The notes below the pieces were generated by a model. The model was not told the DNA's origin, did no database searches, and saw nothing but the letters and a program-made list of their open reading frames with translations. Shown one piece after another: positions 20,768-29,451 of a DNA stretch of 64,000 nucleotides. Source of the stretch: a virus (Duplodnaviria; Heunggongvirae; Uroviricota; Caudoviricetes); the IMG/VR virus record IMGVR_UViG_646311924_000007, positions 33,898 to 97,897 of that record, one strand, 5' to 3'. Position numbers and translations under genes: made by a program. Each line of letters begins with the position of its first letter. Position 1 is the first letter of the stretch.

Positions 20768-20876
20768 TGATCCCATTTCAGGCCAGAAATGGCGCGGCTT
20801 ACAGCGATCCGGGATCTTCTTTGGATCTTCCTGGGTTCTCTTTAGGATCTGTTTATTGGATCTATGCTGTGGATAA
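20768..20876. other. oriR accessory region: GATC cluster and DnaA box
   Basis: Seven GATC sites within about 95 bp followed by TGTGGATAA (DnaA box, reverse orientation); architecture matches P1 oriR. Confidence 0.55.
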
Positions 20877-20918
20877 GTTGAATAAACCGGCCAACATAGC
20901 CGGTTGGAAGGAAGGGTA

Positions 20919-21311
20919 TTATTCTACGCTTTCGATAAGAAGACCATGTTCATAACATTTAAGCTCATCGCCTTCGTACAGGAATTGGTATCCAATACCA
21001 CCATTTTCATGGACATTAGGGAATAACTCATAACTCACTGAAGAGCAAATCACACCAATGCAGCGATCAACGCCTTCTCGTTCTTCAGTGCTGAAAAAAT
21101 CCTCTTCGGTAAGAACATGAGTACATTGCTCATCAGCATAGGTCGGAAATACATGCTCGATGCAATCCGGGTGTTTTAAACCAAGCTGATCGGCAAGCTC
21201 GAAAGCATGACGGTATTGTTCAGATCCTGGCTTGCCAACAGTGATGTGCTCAATTTTGTAGATTGAAGTCGCTTTGTTGATAGTTTGCTTTACTGTTACT
21301 TTATCAGACAT
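20919..21311 (-). CDS. hypothetical protein (130 aa)
   Basis: ORF; Cys/His-containing acidic protein; no clear motif. Confidence 0.45.
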   Translation of the reverse strand: MSDKVTVKQTINKATSIYKIEHITVGKPGSEQYRHAFELADQLGLKHPDCIEHVFPTYADEQCTHVLTEEDFFSTEEREGVDRCIGVICSSVSYELFPNVHENGGIGYQFLYEGDELKCYEHGLLIESVE

Positions 21312-21322
21312 AAAAATCCCTT

Positions 21323-21655
21323 TTAGTTACCGCTGATAGCGCGGTTGTAATCATTAACGTTGCGATTCTTCCTGTTAATCCCCATCAGCATCGTTTCTGT
21401 ATCGAGGATATACGCTGGCAGATCATCAAAATATTCACTGCTAAACTCTGGCATCCTGCACATAAACGCACTTTTGGGGGCAGGGTGGTTAACCTTTGTC
21501 GGCGTCGGCGTTAAATTCGCTGATCGACTCCCGGAGCAACCGCTGAGTGTCAGCAGGAATGCGCTGGCGAACATTACCCGCCGCAACCAGTTGTTTCTGA
21601 ACTTCAGCTTTTCGTTCCATTTGCCTGTCAGCATATTTGGCTTGTTCTGATTCAT
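21323..21655 (-). CDS. lipoprotein, o-spanin-like (probable start at internal Met, lipobox LTLSGC)
   Basis: Lipobox L-S-G-C followed by Pro-rich mature sequence; reading frame overlaps the 3' end of the upstream i-spanin-like gene. Confidence 0.45.
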   Translation of the reverse strand: MNQNKPNMLTGKWNEKLKFRNNWLRRVMFASAFLLTLSGCSGSRSANLTPTPTKVNHPAPKSAFMCRMPEFSSEYFDDLPAYILDTETMLMGINRKNRNVNDYNRAISGN

Positions 21656-21938
21656 TTTTCACTTCCTGGCTGTGAAAATGTTGCTCTGCTTTGTTCATCG
21701 TCTCAATGGTCTGGTTAAGATCCATTATTGACTTATCACGTTCCTTAACAGCCTGATCAAGACTGCCAATTTTCTCCATGGCTTGCTTTAGCTGATGACG
21801 TTCCCATGCAAACCCAGCACCAACAAGTGCGCAAATCAGAACAAGAACACCAGTAGCAGCAAGTTTCTCCTTCAAAGACAAAGCTGTTTTTAACGTAGAA
21901 AAGAATGACATGTCTTCCTCCTGAAGAAAAATTATCAA
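21489..21938 (-). CDS. i-spanin-like protein (N-terminal TM helix + coiled coil)
   Basis: TM segment LAATGVLVLICALVGAGFAW then charged coiled-coil region; overlapped by the lipoprotein ORF in another frame. Confidence 0.45.
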   Translation of the reverse strand: MIIFLQEEDMSFFSTLKTALSLKEKLAATGVLVLICALVGAGFAWERHQLKQAMEKIGSLDQAVKERDKSIMDLNQTIETMNKAEQHFHSQEVKNESEQAKYADRQMERKAEVQKQLVAAGNVRQRIPADTQRLLRESISEFNADADKG

Positions 21939-21950
21939 TGAAGTCCTTTG

Positions 21951-22796
21951 TTACCGTGCCGCTTTGTTTAATTCATCAAGAACAGAATCAGGAACCAAAG
22001 CGGCGACTGCGCTGGCTGTGCTGGCCTTATTTGCTGATGCTTCCGCAAGCGCGGTACCGATAGCATGGTTATAAGCAGTTATGGCTACGTTGGCGCTTTC
22101 ATTCGCTCGTTCATACTGCTGTTGTAACGCAGTTGTGGGTGCTGTTGTCTGGTTGAAAACAACCCCAAACTGTTCAGTTGCTACTTTCAGAGATTCAATT
22201 TGCTCTTCTGTTAGTGCTGGTGGGGGAGTGGCAGTGCCGCCGCCTGAACCAGAGCCTGACGAGCTTTCTGAGCCAGTGTTAAGGGCCTGGTTAATCTCCC
22301 CCATTGCAGCGACTAAACTTGATGTATTAAGCGCGTTAACAGCGTCCTCAAGCGATTTAGTAATATTCACATCACCAATGGCAATAGAGATCGGCAGTTC
22401 TGAAACTTCTCGCTCATTAGCACGGCAGTAAACATCCCAACCAATATCGAGTTGAAGCAGCATTGACAGATCTGCATAACCAGCCAACAGGTCCGCGTGC
22501 TTAGTTGCCAGTTCTCCAATGTTCGTTAAGCCGGTTGTGGTTGTTCTGATCGTTGAAACATAGCTGGTAATAGTGTCGGGATAGACAATTGTATCCAGAA
22601 TTAATCCGGTCAATTCTTCTGCAAGCAGTTTTGCTGTGTTAGCACTGTTTCGTGCCGATGTTATGGCACCAGGTGTTTTCATCCCACCGGCGGCGGCCAA
22701 TTTTTTATATGCGGATAACTGGTAGTCTTTTTCCAGCATGATATCTCCTAACTTACCTGAACCAGGCCGTCTCCGGACGCTACGGTAGATCCGCAT
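21951..22796 (-). CDS. hypothetical protein with Gly/Ser-rich linker (281 aa)
   Basis: ORF; SSGSGSGGG linker between two domains. Confidence 0.4.
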   Translation of the reverse strand: MRIYRSVRRRPGSGKLGDIMLEKDYQLSAYKKLAAAGGMKTPGAITSARNSANTAKLLAEELTGLILDTIVYPDTITSYVSTIRTTTTGLTNIGELATKHADLLAGYADLSMLLQLDIGWDVYCRANEREVSELPISIAIGDVNITKSLEDAVNALNTSSLVAAMGEINQALNTGSESSSGSGSGGGTATPPPALTEEQIESLKVATEQFGVVFNQTTAPTTALQQQYERANESANVAITAYNHAIGTALAEASANKASTASAVAALVPDSVLDELNKAAR

Positions 22797-23032
22797 GAAA
22801 CAGGGTCACCAACGCATACGATCCCTTTACCATTGACGGTAAACCATGCCCTGGTTGATATAGCTTGCCCACCGTGCGTACTGTTTCCATCGGTATGCTG
22901 TGCATATTGCTTACCATCAACTAACACTTCGACTCCGTTGACTTTAAGTAGTGGTTCACTCTCTACAGGAGGCCTGGATGGGAATCCTCCGTGCCCCGAA
23001 CAAATGCTGTCTTTTGTTGCAATGCTTGCCAC
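22748..23032 (-). CDS. small Gly/Cys-rich protein, possibly PAAR-like (94 aa)
   Basis: Repeated G-rich motifs (CSGHGG, THGG, GDPVSCGSTVASGDG); assignment tentative. Confidence 0.3.
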   Translation of the reverse strand: MASIATKDSICSGHGGFPSRPPVESEPLLKVNGVEVLVDGKQYAQHTDGNSTHGGQAISTRAWFTVNGKGIVCVGDPVSCGSTVASGDGLVQVS

Positions 23033-23113
23033 GCCATCACCAATTATTTGCTCTGATTTTCGTTATTTTAACTTAGGTTATTTGTGGTCTGTATGGCGTT
23101 TACTTATCGCAAA

Positions 23114-23130
23114 ATTGCTCTAATAAATAT
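23114..23130 (+). promoter_or_regulatory. C1 operator-like 17-mer (ATTGCTCTAATAAATAT) at the start of the uhr-hrdC-dmt operon
   Basis: 16/17 match to consensus; its last base is the first base of the uhr start codon. Confidence 0.6.
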
Positions 23131-23486
23131 TGTTTTTTATGTCGTATTTTCGGTACCATTCAGCCATCGCCCTTCAATGGGCATTTGTTTGGAGTCGTCA
23201 GATGCAGATGGAGCTAATAAGCCGCAAAGAGTTCGATAGCCGTGTAACCAGCGGTGAACTCGACAACTTGCAGGCTATCAAGGTGAAAGAAGGCTTTTGC
23301 CTCATTGGGAATCAGAGCGGAATAAATCGCGTTTTTATGCTTCGCCGTACGGATTTGAAGCCATTTGTCTGGAAGAACGAAATTGGTCCCAGCTCATACG
23401 CTCAAACGAGGGGGTGCCACAACCTGGCCTTTTTCTACAAAGACGAGCTTTCTGTGGTTGATATTCAAGGGTTACAACATGTTTAA
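23130..23486 (+). CDS. hypothetical protein upstream of hrdC (118 aa ORF)
   Basis: ORF overlapping the hrdC start by 8 nt. Confidence 0.45.
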   Translation: MFFMSYFRYHSAIALQWAFVWSRQMQMELISRKEFDSRVTSGELDNLQAIKVKEGFCLIGNQSGINRVFMLRRTDLKPFVWKNEIGPSSYAQTRGCHNLAFFYKDELSVVDIQGLQHV

Positions 23487-24384
23487 GCACTGGAAAAACA
23501 TTACTATTTATAAACTTTCTCGTGAGGCGGATCTGACCGACTTAGAAGATAAAAAGAAAATGATCCTTTTCACGCCATGCGGTAGTCAGGATATGGCCAA
23601 GTTCGGTTTTGTATCGCCATTTGGTGATAATTCTGAAGTTATCGCTATGCATGGAAATGGTTTTATCCTTGTTGAAGCAAAGCGCGAAACAAAAATTCTT
23701 CCCCCGCCGGTTATCCAGCGAGCTATTCAAGAAAAAATTGAAAAACTTGAGCAAGAACAAGCGCGTAAACTGAAGAAAACAGAGAAGGACTCCCTGAAAG
23801 ACGAAGTTCTGCATTCTCTTCTGCCACGGGCTTTTTCAAAGTTTTCTGTTATCCAGGCGATCTACGACGGTTCAACTAAACGTATCTATATCAATGCCAG
23901 CGCGCGGCAGGCAGAGGATATGCTCGCGCTTATGCGTAAGTCTCTGGGTTCTCTTCCTGCTGTTCCCCTGAGTGTTGAAAATCCCATTGAATTAACGCTG
24001 ACCGACTGGGTACGTGATGGTAGTGCTCCACAGGGATTTCAAATGGGGGATGCGGCAGAACTTAAGGCAGTGCTTGAGGATGGCGGTATTGCCCGAGTGA
24101 AAAAGCAGGATTTGGGAAGCGATGAAATTTCCACACACCTGGAAGCTGGCAAGCTCGTCACTAAGTTGGCACTCGACTGGCAGAACCGCATTAAATTTAC
24201 ACTGGACCATAACTTCAGCCTTACCAGCGTCAAATTTGCGGATGAATTGCTTGAGCAGAACTCTGATATTGATAGTGAAGATGTTGCGCAGCGACTGGAC
24301 GCAGATTTCTTCCTGTTGACCAGTGAAATTTCGTGCCTGGTTGATGCTCTGGTAAATGCCCTTGGCGGAGAGGCTAAGCAGTGA
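23479..24384 (+). CDS. hrdC: RdgC-like recombination-associated protein (HrdC)
   Basis: Strong similarity to E. coli RdgC as I recall it ([13 protein letters not shown]..., [34 protein letters not shown]); ATG at 23479 chosen over the longer track ORF starting 23365. Confidence 0.8.
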   Translation: MFKHWKNITIYKLSREADLTDLEDKKKMILFTPCGSQDMAKFGFVSPFGDNSEVIAMHGNGFILVEAKRETKILPPPVIQRAIQEKIEKLEQEQARKLKKTEKDSLKDEVLHSLLPRAFSKFSVIQAIYDGSTKRIYINASARQAEDMLALMRKSLGSLPAVPLSVENPIELTLTDWVRDGSAPQGFQMGDAAELKAVLEDGGIARVKKQDLGSDEISTHLEAGKLVTKLALDWQNRIKFTLDHNFSLTSVKFADELLEQNSDIDSEDVAQRLDADFFLLTSEISCLVDALVNALGGEAKQ

Positions 24385-27300
24385 AAGAGCTGTGCTATGG
24401 ATCTGTTTGCAGTGGAATTGAAGCCGCGAGTATTGCCTGGGAACCGTTGGGTATGCGTCCGGCGTGGTTTGCTGAAATCGAGCCTTTTCCATCGGCCGTT
24501 CTTGCGCTCCGCTGGCCCCATGTTGCCAACCTTGGCGACATGAAAAAACTTGCCAAAAAAGTCTTGGCTGGGGAAATCGAATCCCCTGACGTGCTCGTCG
24601 GGGGAACACCATGTTTTACCGCGGGGCATATGGTTCTTTGTAAAAATGGCTATAAACCAATAGAAAATGTTTGCCCTGGTGATTACGTAGTCAGTCATCT
24701 CGGGCGGTTACAACAAGTAAAAAGAGTTGGTTCAAAAATAGCTAATACGGGGTTACTTAATGCCGTTGGGCAGCCTTTAGGTATAAGAACAACCAATGAC
24801 CATCCCTTCCTGGCTGTTCGGTGGAAAGCCCAAAACACCCGGAAAAATGGCACATATTTTAAGAGAGAGTTGTTGTCTGAACCGGAATGGCGAGCAGCAT
24901 GTGATATGCCGGGATATCAATGGTGCGCTCTAACTAATTTCAATATTGCATTTCCAGATATTTGTTCTCGGTTCTTGTCTGAAGAACAGGCTATGTATCT
25001 TGCGGGCGCTTATGTTGGCGATGGATATATTAGGAGATGGAGAGGTAAATCTAAGAAGGCGGTTGTTTTTGGCATAAATTGCCAGAAATTGAGAAAGTTT
25101 CATTGCCGCATACCAGAAAACATATTTTCCGTGGCAAGCGAAATCCGAGGGAGCATCAAAGTAACCTTGAATGATACGTGTTATGCCAATTGGCTTAATG
25201 AACATTTTGGCGAGTTAAGCCATGCTAAGCGTATCCCTGCATGGGTGATGTCGCATCCATTGCGTCATGTGTTTTTACAAGGCTATCTTGATACTGATGG
25301 GACACCAAGTGGTAAAGCGGGATTTAGAATTAATAGTGTTAGTTCTGCGCTTGCTTGGGGCGTTGCGGGGTTGTCACAGACTTGTGGTTATGTTTCTTCG
25401 GTCAGCTTTATTGAAGTTGAGCCCAAAAAAGTGATCGAGGATCGCGTGGTAAATCAACGGAATTATTATCAGGTAACAATCTGCCCGCAGAAATTGTCAC
25501 GTAAATCAAGATTGGCTCATGGAATGCTTTTACGAACAGTCAAAGAGTTTAAATCGGTAGGCCTAGATACTGTATACAACATAGAAGTCGAAGGTGATCA
25601 TTCCTATATCCTCAATGGTGCGGTGGTCCATAACTGTCAGGCATTCAGTATCGCGGGATTACGTGGTGGGCTTGATGATGAGCGTGGCGCGCTAACTTTA
25701 AAGTATGTGGAGCTTGCAAATGCAATTGACGACAAACGGGCTGAGTCATTTCTCAAACCAGCCGTTATCGTCTGGGAAAATGTCCCAGGAGTCTTGTCAT
25801 CGGCAGATAACGCCTTCGGATGTTTCCTTGCCGGATTGGCTGGAGAAGATGTGCCATTTGAACCAGGTGATCGACCTGAATCAGGAAAAAGCAACGCGTT
25901 CTGGCGGTGGGATGGCAAAACCGGTTGCCATGTTCCAAAGTGGCCGCAGTGTGGTTGTATTTATGGACCGCAGCGAAAAGTGGCCTGGAGAATCCTTGAT
26001 GCCCAATACTTCGGAGTGGCACAACGACGCCGACGCGTGTTTGTTGTCGCAAGTGCTCGAACAGATCTCGATCCCGCAACGGTACTTTTTGAGTTCGAAG
26101 GCGTGCGCCGGAATATTGCGCCGAGCAGAGGCGAGGGGAAGGAAACTACCAGATATACTTCAAACATCGCTATCAGAACTTGCGATGATACAAACATAAT
26201 TGCCATGGCACATGGGCAAGGAGGGGCTGAGATAAAAACCGATAATTCGGCACCAACTTTGACATGTAACCATGAAGCACCAATTGTATTGCTCGGCGAC
26301 GGTAGAATGCGCCGTCTTACCCCTGTCGAATGTGAAAGGCTGCAAGGTTTTCCTGATTGGCATACGTTGATCCCTACGGAAAAGCGTAAAAAAGTTAATT
26401 CAGATGAACTGGCATATCTGCACAATCACTATCCAGATTTAAGCGAAGAAGAGGCCGCAATGCTTGCAGCTGACGGACCGCGTTACAAAGCGATCGGCAA
26501 TAGTATGGCAATACCAGTAATGCGCTGGATTGGCGATCGGATTACTAAGGCCGTATGTCGGCAGAAAGAAGGAAGTGAAACAAAAGAGCGAAAAGTTAAA
26601 CCAGCGGCAGAATTCGAACGGTCCATATTCAAATGGGCTGGTGGAAAATTTGGTGTTCTGGAACAAATCTTTCGCTATTTGCCAGAAGGGAAGCGCCTGA
26701 TTGAACCTTTCGTTGGTGGCGGAGCTGTCTTCATGAATGCCGGATACCAGGAAAATCTGCTAAATGATGTGAATGCTGACCTGATTAACTTTTACAAGAC
26801 TCTGCAACGCGAGGCGCATTCACTTATCACTCTGGCACATCGTTTCTTCCAGGACTACAACACACAGGAAGGATACCTGGCAGTACGGAATGCGTTTAAC
26901 AAACAAGTCTATGATGATTTACATCGCGCAGCGGCGTTTTTGTTCCTGAACCGACATTGTTTTAACGGATTGACGCGTTACAACCAGGCCGGTGAGTTCA
27001 ATGTCGGTTATGGGAAGTATAAAACTCCGTATTTCCCATTACAGGAGATGGAAGCCTTCCTCGGTGCGGAAGGGCGGTCTGAGTTTGTATGCGGTGATTT
27101 TGCAGCGGTGATTGAAGCTGCCGGAGAAGGAGATGTCATCTTTTGCGATCCGCCGTATGAACCGCTTCCAAATACAGAGGGATTCACGAACTATTCCGGT
27201 CATGACTTTAAGTTTGAAGAGCAAAAACGCCTGGTGTCTCTGTTGACGGATGCTCATCGTCGAGGTGCAAAGGTTCTCATTACTAACAGTGGCGCGCCAA

Positions 27301-27422
27301 ACATCAGAGAGCTTTATCATGACAGTGGCTTCAGAGTGGAACCTCTTTTTGCCAGACGTTCTGTGTCTTGTAAGGGGGACACTCGAGGTGTAGCTCATGA
27401 CGTTTTGGGTATATTGCTCTAA
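24381..27422 (+). CDS. dmt: bifunctional DNA methyltransferase Dmt (N-terminal C5-cytosine MTase interrupted by an intein; C-terminal Dam-like N6-adenine MTase)
   Basis: C5-MTase motifs I ([13 protein letters not shown]), IV ([12 protein letters not shown] split by insert), VI (ENV), VIII (QRRRRVF), X (GNSMAIPV); C-terminal FVGGGAV and DPPY motifs of Dam-type MTases; GTG start at 24381. Confidence 0.85.
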   Translation: MKELCYGSVCSGIEAASIAWEPLGMRPAWFAEIEPFPSAVLALRWPHVANLGDMKKLAKKVLAGEIESPDVLVGGTPCFTAGHMVLCKNGYKPIENVCPGDYVVSHLGRLQQVKRVGSKIANTGLLNAVGQPLGIRTTNDHPFLAVRWKAQNTRKNGTYFKRELLSEPEWRAACDMPGYQWCALTNFNIAFPDICSRFLSEEQAMYLAGAYVGDGYIRRWRGKSKKAVVFGINCQKLRKFHCRIPENIFSVASEIRGSIKVTLNDTCYANWLNEHFGELSHAKRIPAWVMSHPLRHVFLQGYLDTDGTPSGKAGFRINSVSSALAWGVAGLSQTCGYVSSVSFIEVEPKKVIEDRVVNQRNYYQVTICPQKLSRKSRLAHGMLLRTVKEFKSVGLDTVYNIEVEGDHSYILNGAVVHNCQAFSIAGLRGGLDDERGALTLKYVELANAIDDKRAESFLKPAVIVWENVPGVLSSADNAFGCFLAGLAGEDVPFEPGDRPESGKSNAFWRWDGKTGCHVPKWPQCGCIYGPQRKVAWRILDAQYFGVAQRRRRVFVVASARTDLDPATVLFEFEGVRRNIAPSRGEGKETTRYTSNIAIRTCDDTNIIAMAHGQGGAEIKTDNSAPTLTCNHEAPIVLLGDGRMRRLTPVECERLQGFPDWHTLIPTEKRKKVNSDELAYLHNHYPDLSEEEAAMLAADGPRYKAIGNSMAIPVMRWIGDRITKAVCRQKEGSETKERKVKPAAEFERSIFKWAGGKFGVLEQIFRYLPEGKRLIEPFVGGGAVFMNAGYQENLLNDVNADLINFYKTLQREAHSLITLAHRFFQDYNTQEGYLAVRNAFNKQVYDDLHRAAAFLFLNRHCFNGLTRYNQAGEFNVGYGKYKTPYFPLQEMEAFLGAEGRSEFVCGDFAAVIEAAGEGDVIFCDPPYEPLPNTEGFTNYSGHDFKFEEQKRLVSLLTDAHRRGAKVLITNSGAPNIRELYHDSGFRVEPLFARRSVSCKGDTRGVAHDVLGILL
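24612..25634 (+). mobile_element. intein with LAGLIDADG homing-endonuclease domain (341 aa; Dmt residues 78-418)
   Basis: Begins with Cys (CFTAGHMVL, block A), block B TTNDHPF, two LAGLIDADG-like motifs ([21 protein letters not shown]), ends VVHN followed by the extein Cys of the PCQ motif. Confidence 0.8.
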
Positions 27423-27429
27423 TAAATTT
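27413..27429 (+). promoter_or_regulatory. C1 operator 17-mer (perfect ATTGCTCTAATAAATTT) overlapping the dmt stop codon
   Basis: Exact consensus; a degenerate inverted copy follows (TTTATTAGTGTAAT). Confidence 0.7.
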
Positions 27430-27603
27430 ATTAGTGTAATATCACCTCAATGAATCGTGATTTATAGAGCGATTTAGCTGTTAGCCGCGACAGGCGCGGC
27501 GGTAAGCATGGCTGGGCCTAGTCCTCCCAGACAAACCACCGAGTTGCCAGGTTGACCATGCGCCTAAGTGGCAACGCCGAAGTGCGTTACGAGCGTCCAG
27601 TTT

Positions 27604-27629
27604 GCCCATCTTCGGGTGGGCGTTTTTTT
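27604..27629 (+). terminator. rho-independent terminator-like hairpin
   Basis: GCCCATCTTCGGGTGGGC followed by GTTTTTTT, about 190 nt downstream of the operator. Confidence 0.5.
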
Positions 27630-28094
27630 CAGGGTTTTCGTCATGGTTAGCGACTTTGCGGCGGTTTAGAAACTGACCATTAAAGTAAATGCAAACGATG
27701 ATCTGATGATGGTAGCGGCCTAAGAAGCCAGATGCCATGGGGTATGAGTCGTCCCCCGTCAAAAAATCGACCGCAGAGTGTCCCCGTCTGTGTATTAGGG
27801 AACGGGGAGGCACAACAGGTAAGGGCGCTGGTGTGATTAACCAGATGAACGAGAAGGGGCCATCTGTTGGTCAGCGTCCTTTCCTGTTGCGTTTTCTTTT
27901 CAGCGTAACAGCGGTGCTTAACAGCACTTTGGGTACAGTTCCACGAATTTACGGGTATATCCCGTCATGCTGAAGGCGCTAATCACGCTGGAAGCCAGGG
28001 TTATGCATCCCCTGTTACCGAATTGCAGCCAGGGCGCGGTGCGCCGAAAAGCATACGGAGGTGGAAGCCCTCGCCGGAGACGTACCCGGCAAGT

Positions 28095-28169
28095 GATGGT
28101 GTAGCTCAGCGGTAGAGCAGTTGGCTGTTAACCAACTGGTCGGTAGTTCGAATCCACCCACCATCGCCA
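28095..28169 (+). tRNA. tRNA-Asn (anticodon GUU)
   Basis: Hand-folded cloverleaf: 7-bp acceptor GATGGTG/CACCATC, D-arm GCTCAGCGGTAGAGC, anticodon loop CUGUUAA, T-loop TTCGAAT, 3' CCA encoded; coordinates anchored to overlapping track ORFs. Confidence 0.8.
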
Positions 28170-28174
28170 CTTTA

Positions 28175-28261
28175 GGGGAGTTAGTCCGTAGGGGTAGCGG
28201 GGTAGACTGTAAATCTACTGTCATTGCGACTCGGGTGGTTCGACTCCATCACTCCCCACCA
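28175..28261 (+). tRNA. tRNA-like gene, class II, anticodon GUA (Tyr-like)
   Basis: Acceptor GGGGAGT/ACTCCCC, anticodon stem-loop GTAGA-CUGUAAA-TCTAC, 15-nt variable arm, T-arm GGTGG-TTCGACT-CCATC, CCA encoded; D-arm geometry irregular by 1 nt. Confidence 0.45.
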
Positions 28262-28265
28262 CATT

Positions 28266-28341
28266 GCCGATTTAGCTCAGTTGGTAGAGCAGTCGCTTTG
28301 TAAGCGAATGGTCAGCGGTTCGATCCCGTTAATCGGCACCA
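28266..28341 (+). tRNA. tRNA-Thr (anticodon UGU)
   Basis: Acceptor GCCGATT/AATCGGC, D-arm GCTCAGTTGGTAGAGC, anticodon loop UUUGUAA, T-loop TTCGATC, CCA encoded. Confidence 0.8.
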
Positions 28342-28345
28342 ACAT

Positions 28346-29076
28346 AACAGGTAAGAGCATTCTCCCTTATGGGGCCTGGCTTAAATGCATCGAGTGCTCT
28401 TACCGTTGTGATGAAGTGCAGATCTTAGAAGCAACCAGAAGATAAGCATCTGGCTTCACAACATAAACCGCAGGAACGACCAATAAACGGTAGTCCGTAT
28501 GGAGAACACCCCGTTGAGGAAGAGGCCTGGCCGGAACCGTAACCGGCGACTGGTAATGTGTGTAAATGGAGCGAAATATGTGGGCGTTTAACGGGATACG
28601 GGTTGTAACAGCGATTATTAACGGCGAACTTAAGTATTCACGTTTCGAGACAAATGAACGTGATGGGAAATGTATTGGTGTGCGGTTAGTAAGAGAATAC
28701 GCATAACAACTACAACGTTGAGAACACTGGCGTAACGGGGTCATATCCCAATCTACGAATAAATGTTGCGTTGCCGCGTGACAACCAGTGTTCTCAACAT
28801 TGTGGTGAATGCACAGGCTGATGTGCCGCAACTACAGTAGTGCGCGCTTTGCGGGGCTTGCTACAACCCTGTGTCGGAGTTCAGCACCGACCATCACAGT
28901 TTGATTCTCTGGCATGAGCATAACGCTGAAATAAGTCCAGTCTGGTGCGGTCTGATCACCCGCCGTTAGCTCCACGAAACGGAGCACGTAACAGGTAAGA
29001 GCATTCTCCTGTAACGGGTTCATATCCCAATCTACAGGTCCACCAAGAATGCTCTTTCCGTTGCGGTGAATGCGGC
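28346..29076 (+). repeat. ORF-free tract with three repeated hairpin units (candidate structured RNAs)
   Basis: Repeated blocks ACAGGTAAGAGCATTCTCC (x2), GTAACGGGKTCATATCCCAATCTAC (x2) and TTGYGRTGAAKGC (x3), each embedded in 10-18 bp inverted repeats; only implausible ORFs across it; coordinates +/-1. Confidence 0.45.
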
Positions 29077-29214
29077 TAAGCGCACGCGGGGAAATGGTTA
29101 TATCTGTCCATTATTTCTCCTTGTTTCCACGTCCACGGTGGATAACCAGCCAAAGGACACCGGGAGGAACCCGGCACCGCAGCTTTTTTATTCGTTAAAT
29201 AATGGAGTGAGAGG

Positions 29215-29451
29215 ATGCAGAACAATCCGAACAAATGTCGAACGCTATGGGTGCGGTTATATATTTATGCCGTCCTCTGTTTGATTGTGTCACTGGTTCT
29301 GTATGTTTGGCTTTTGCCAAATATGATCTCATCTAACAGCACAATACTTGTATTGTTGGGAGTCCTTCTCGCGCTCATTTACCCGGCTTTCGCAGTAGTC
29401 TTTTTTCGTGAAAAAACCAGGAAATTAATTAATGAAAAAAACGTTGATTAG
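29215..29451 (+). CDS. small integral membrane protein (78 aa)
   Basis: Two TM helices; overlaps the start of the downstream lipoprotein gene. Confidence 0.45.
   Translation: MQNNPNKCRTLWVRLYIYAVLCLIVSLVLYVWLLPNMISSNSTILVLLGVLLALIYPAFAVVFFREKTRKLINEKNVD

Noticed and set aside
24930-26425. Minus-strand ORFs (91-154 aa) inside dmt
   Set aside because: Embedded antisense to a gene with complete methyltransferase and intein motif sets; no independent support.
28400-29023. Minus-strand ORFs of 143 aa and 63 aa in the structured-repeat tract
   Set aside because: Translations are compositionally implausible, lack start-site context and are cut across by the inverted repeats; more likely non-coding.
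28990-29076. tRNA-like T-arm motif (GGGTTCATATCCC) within the repeat units
   Set aside because: No acceptor stem or anticodon arm can be paired around it; only a 3-bp stem is possible.
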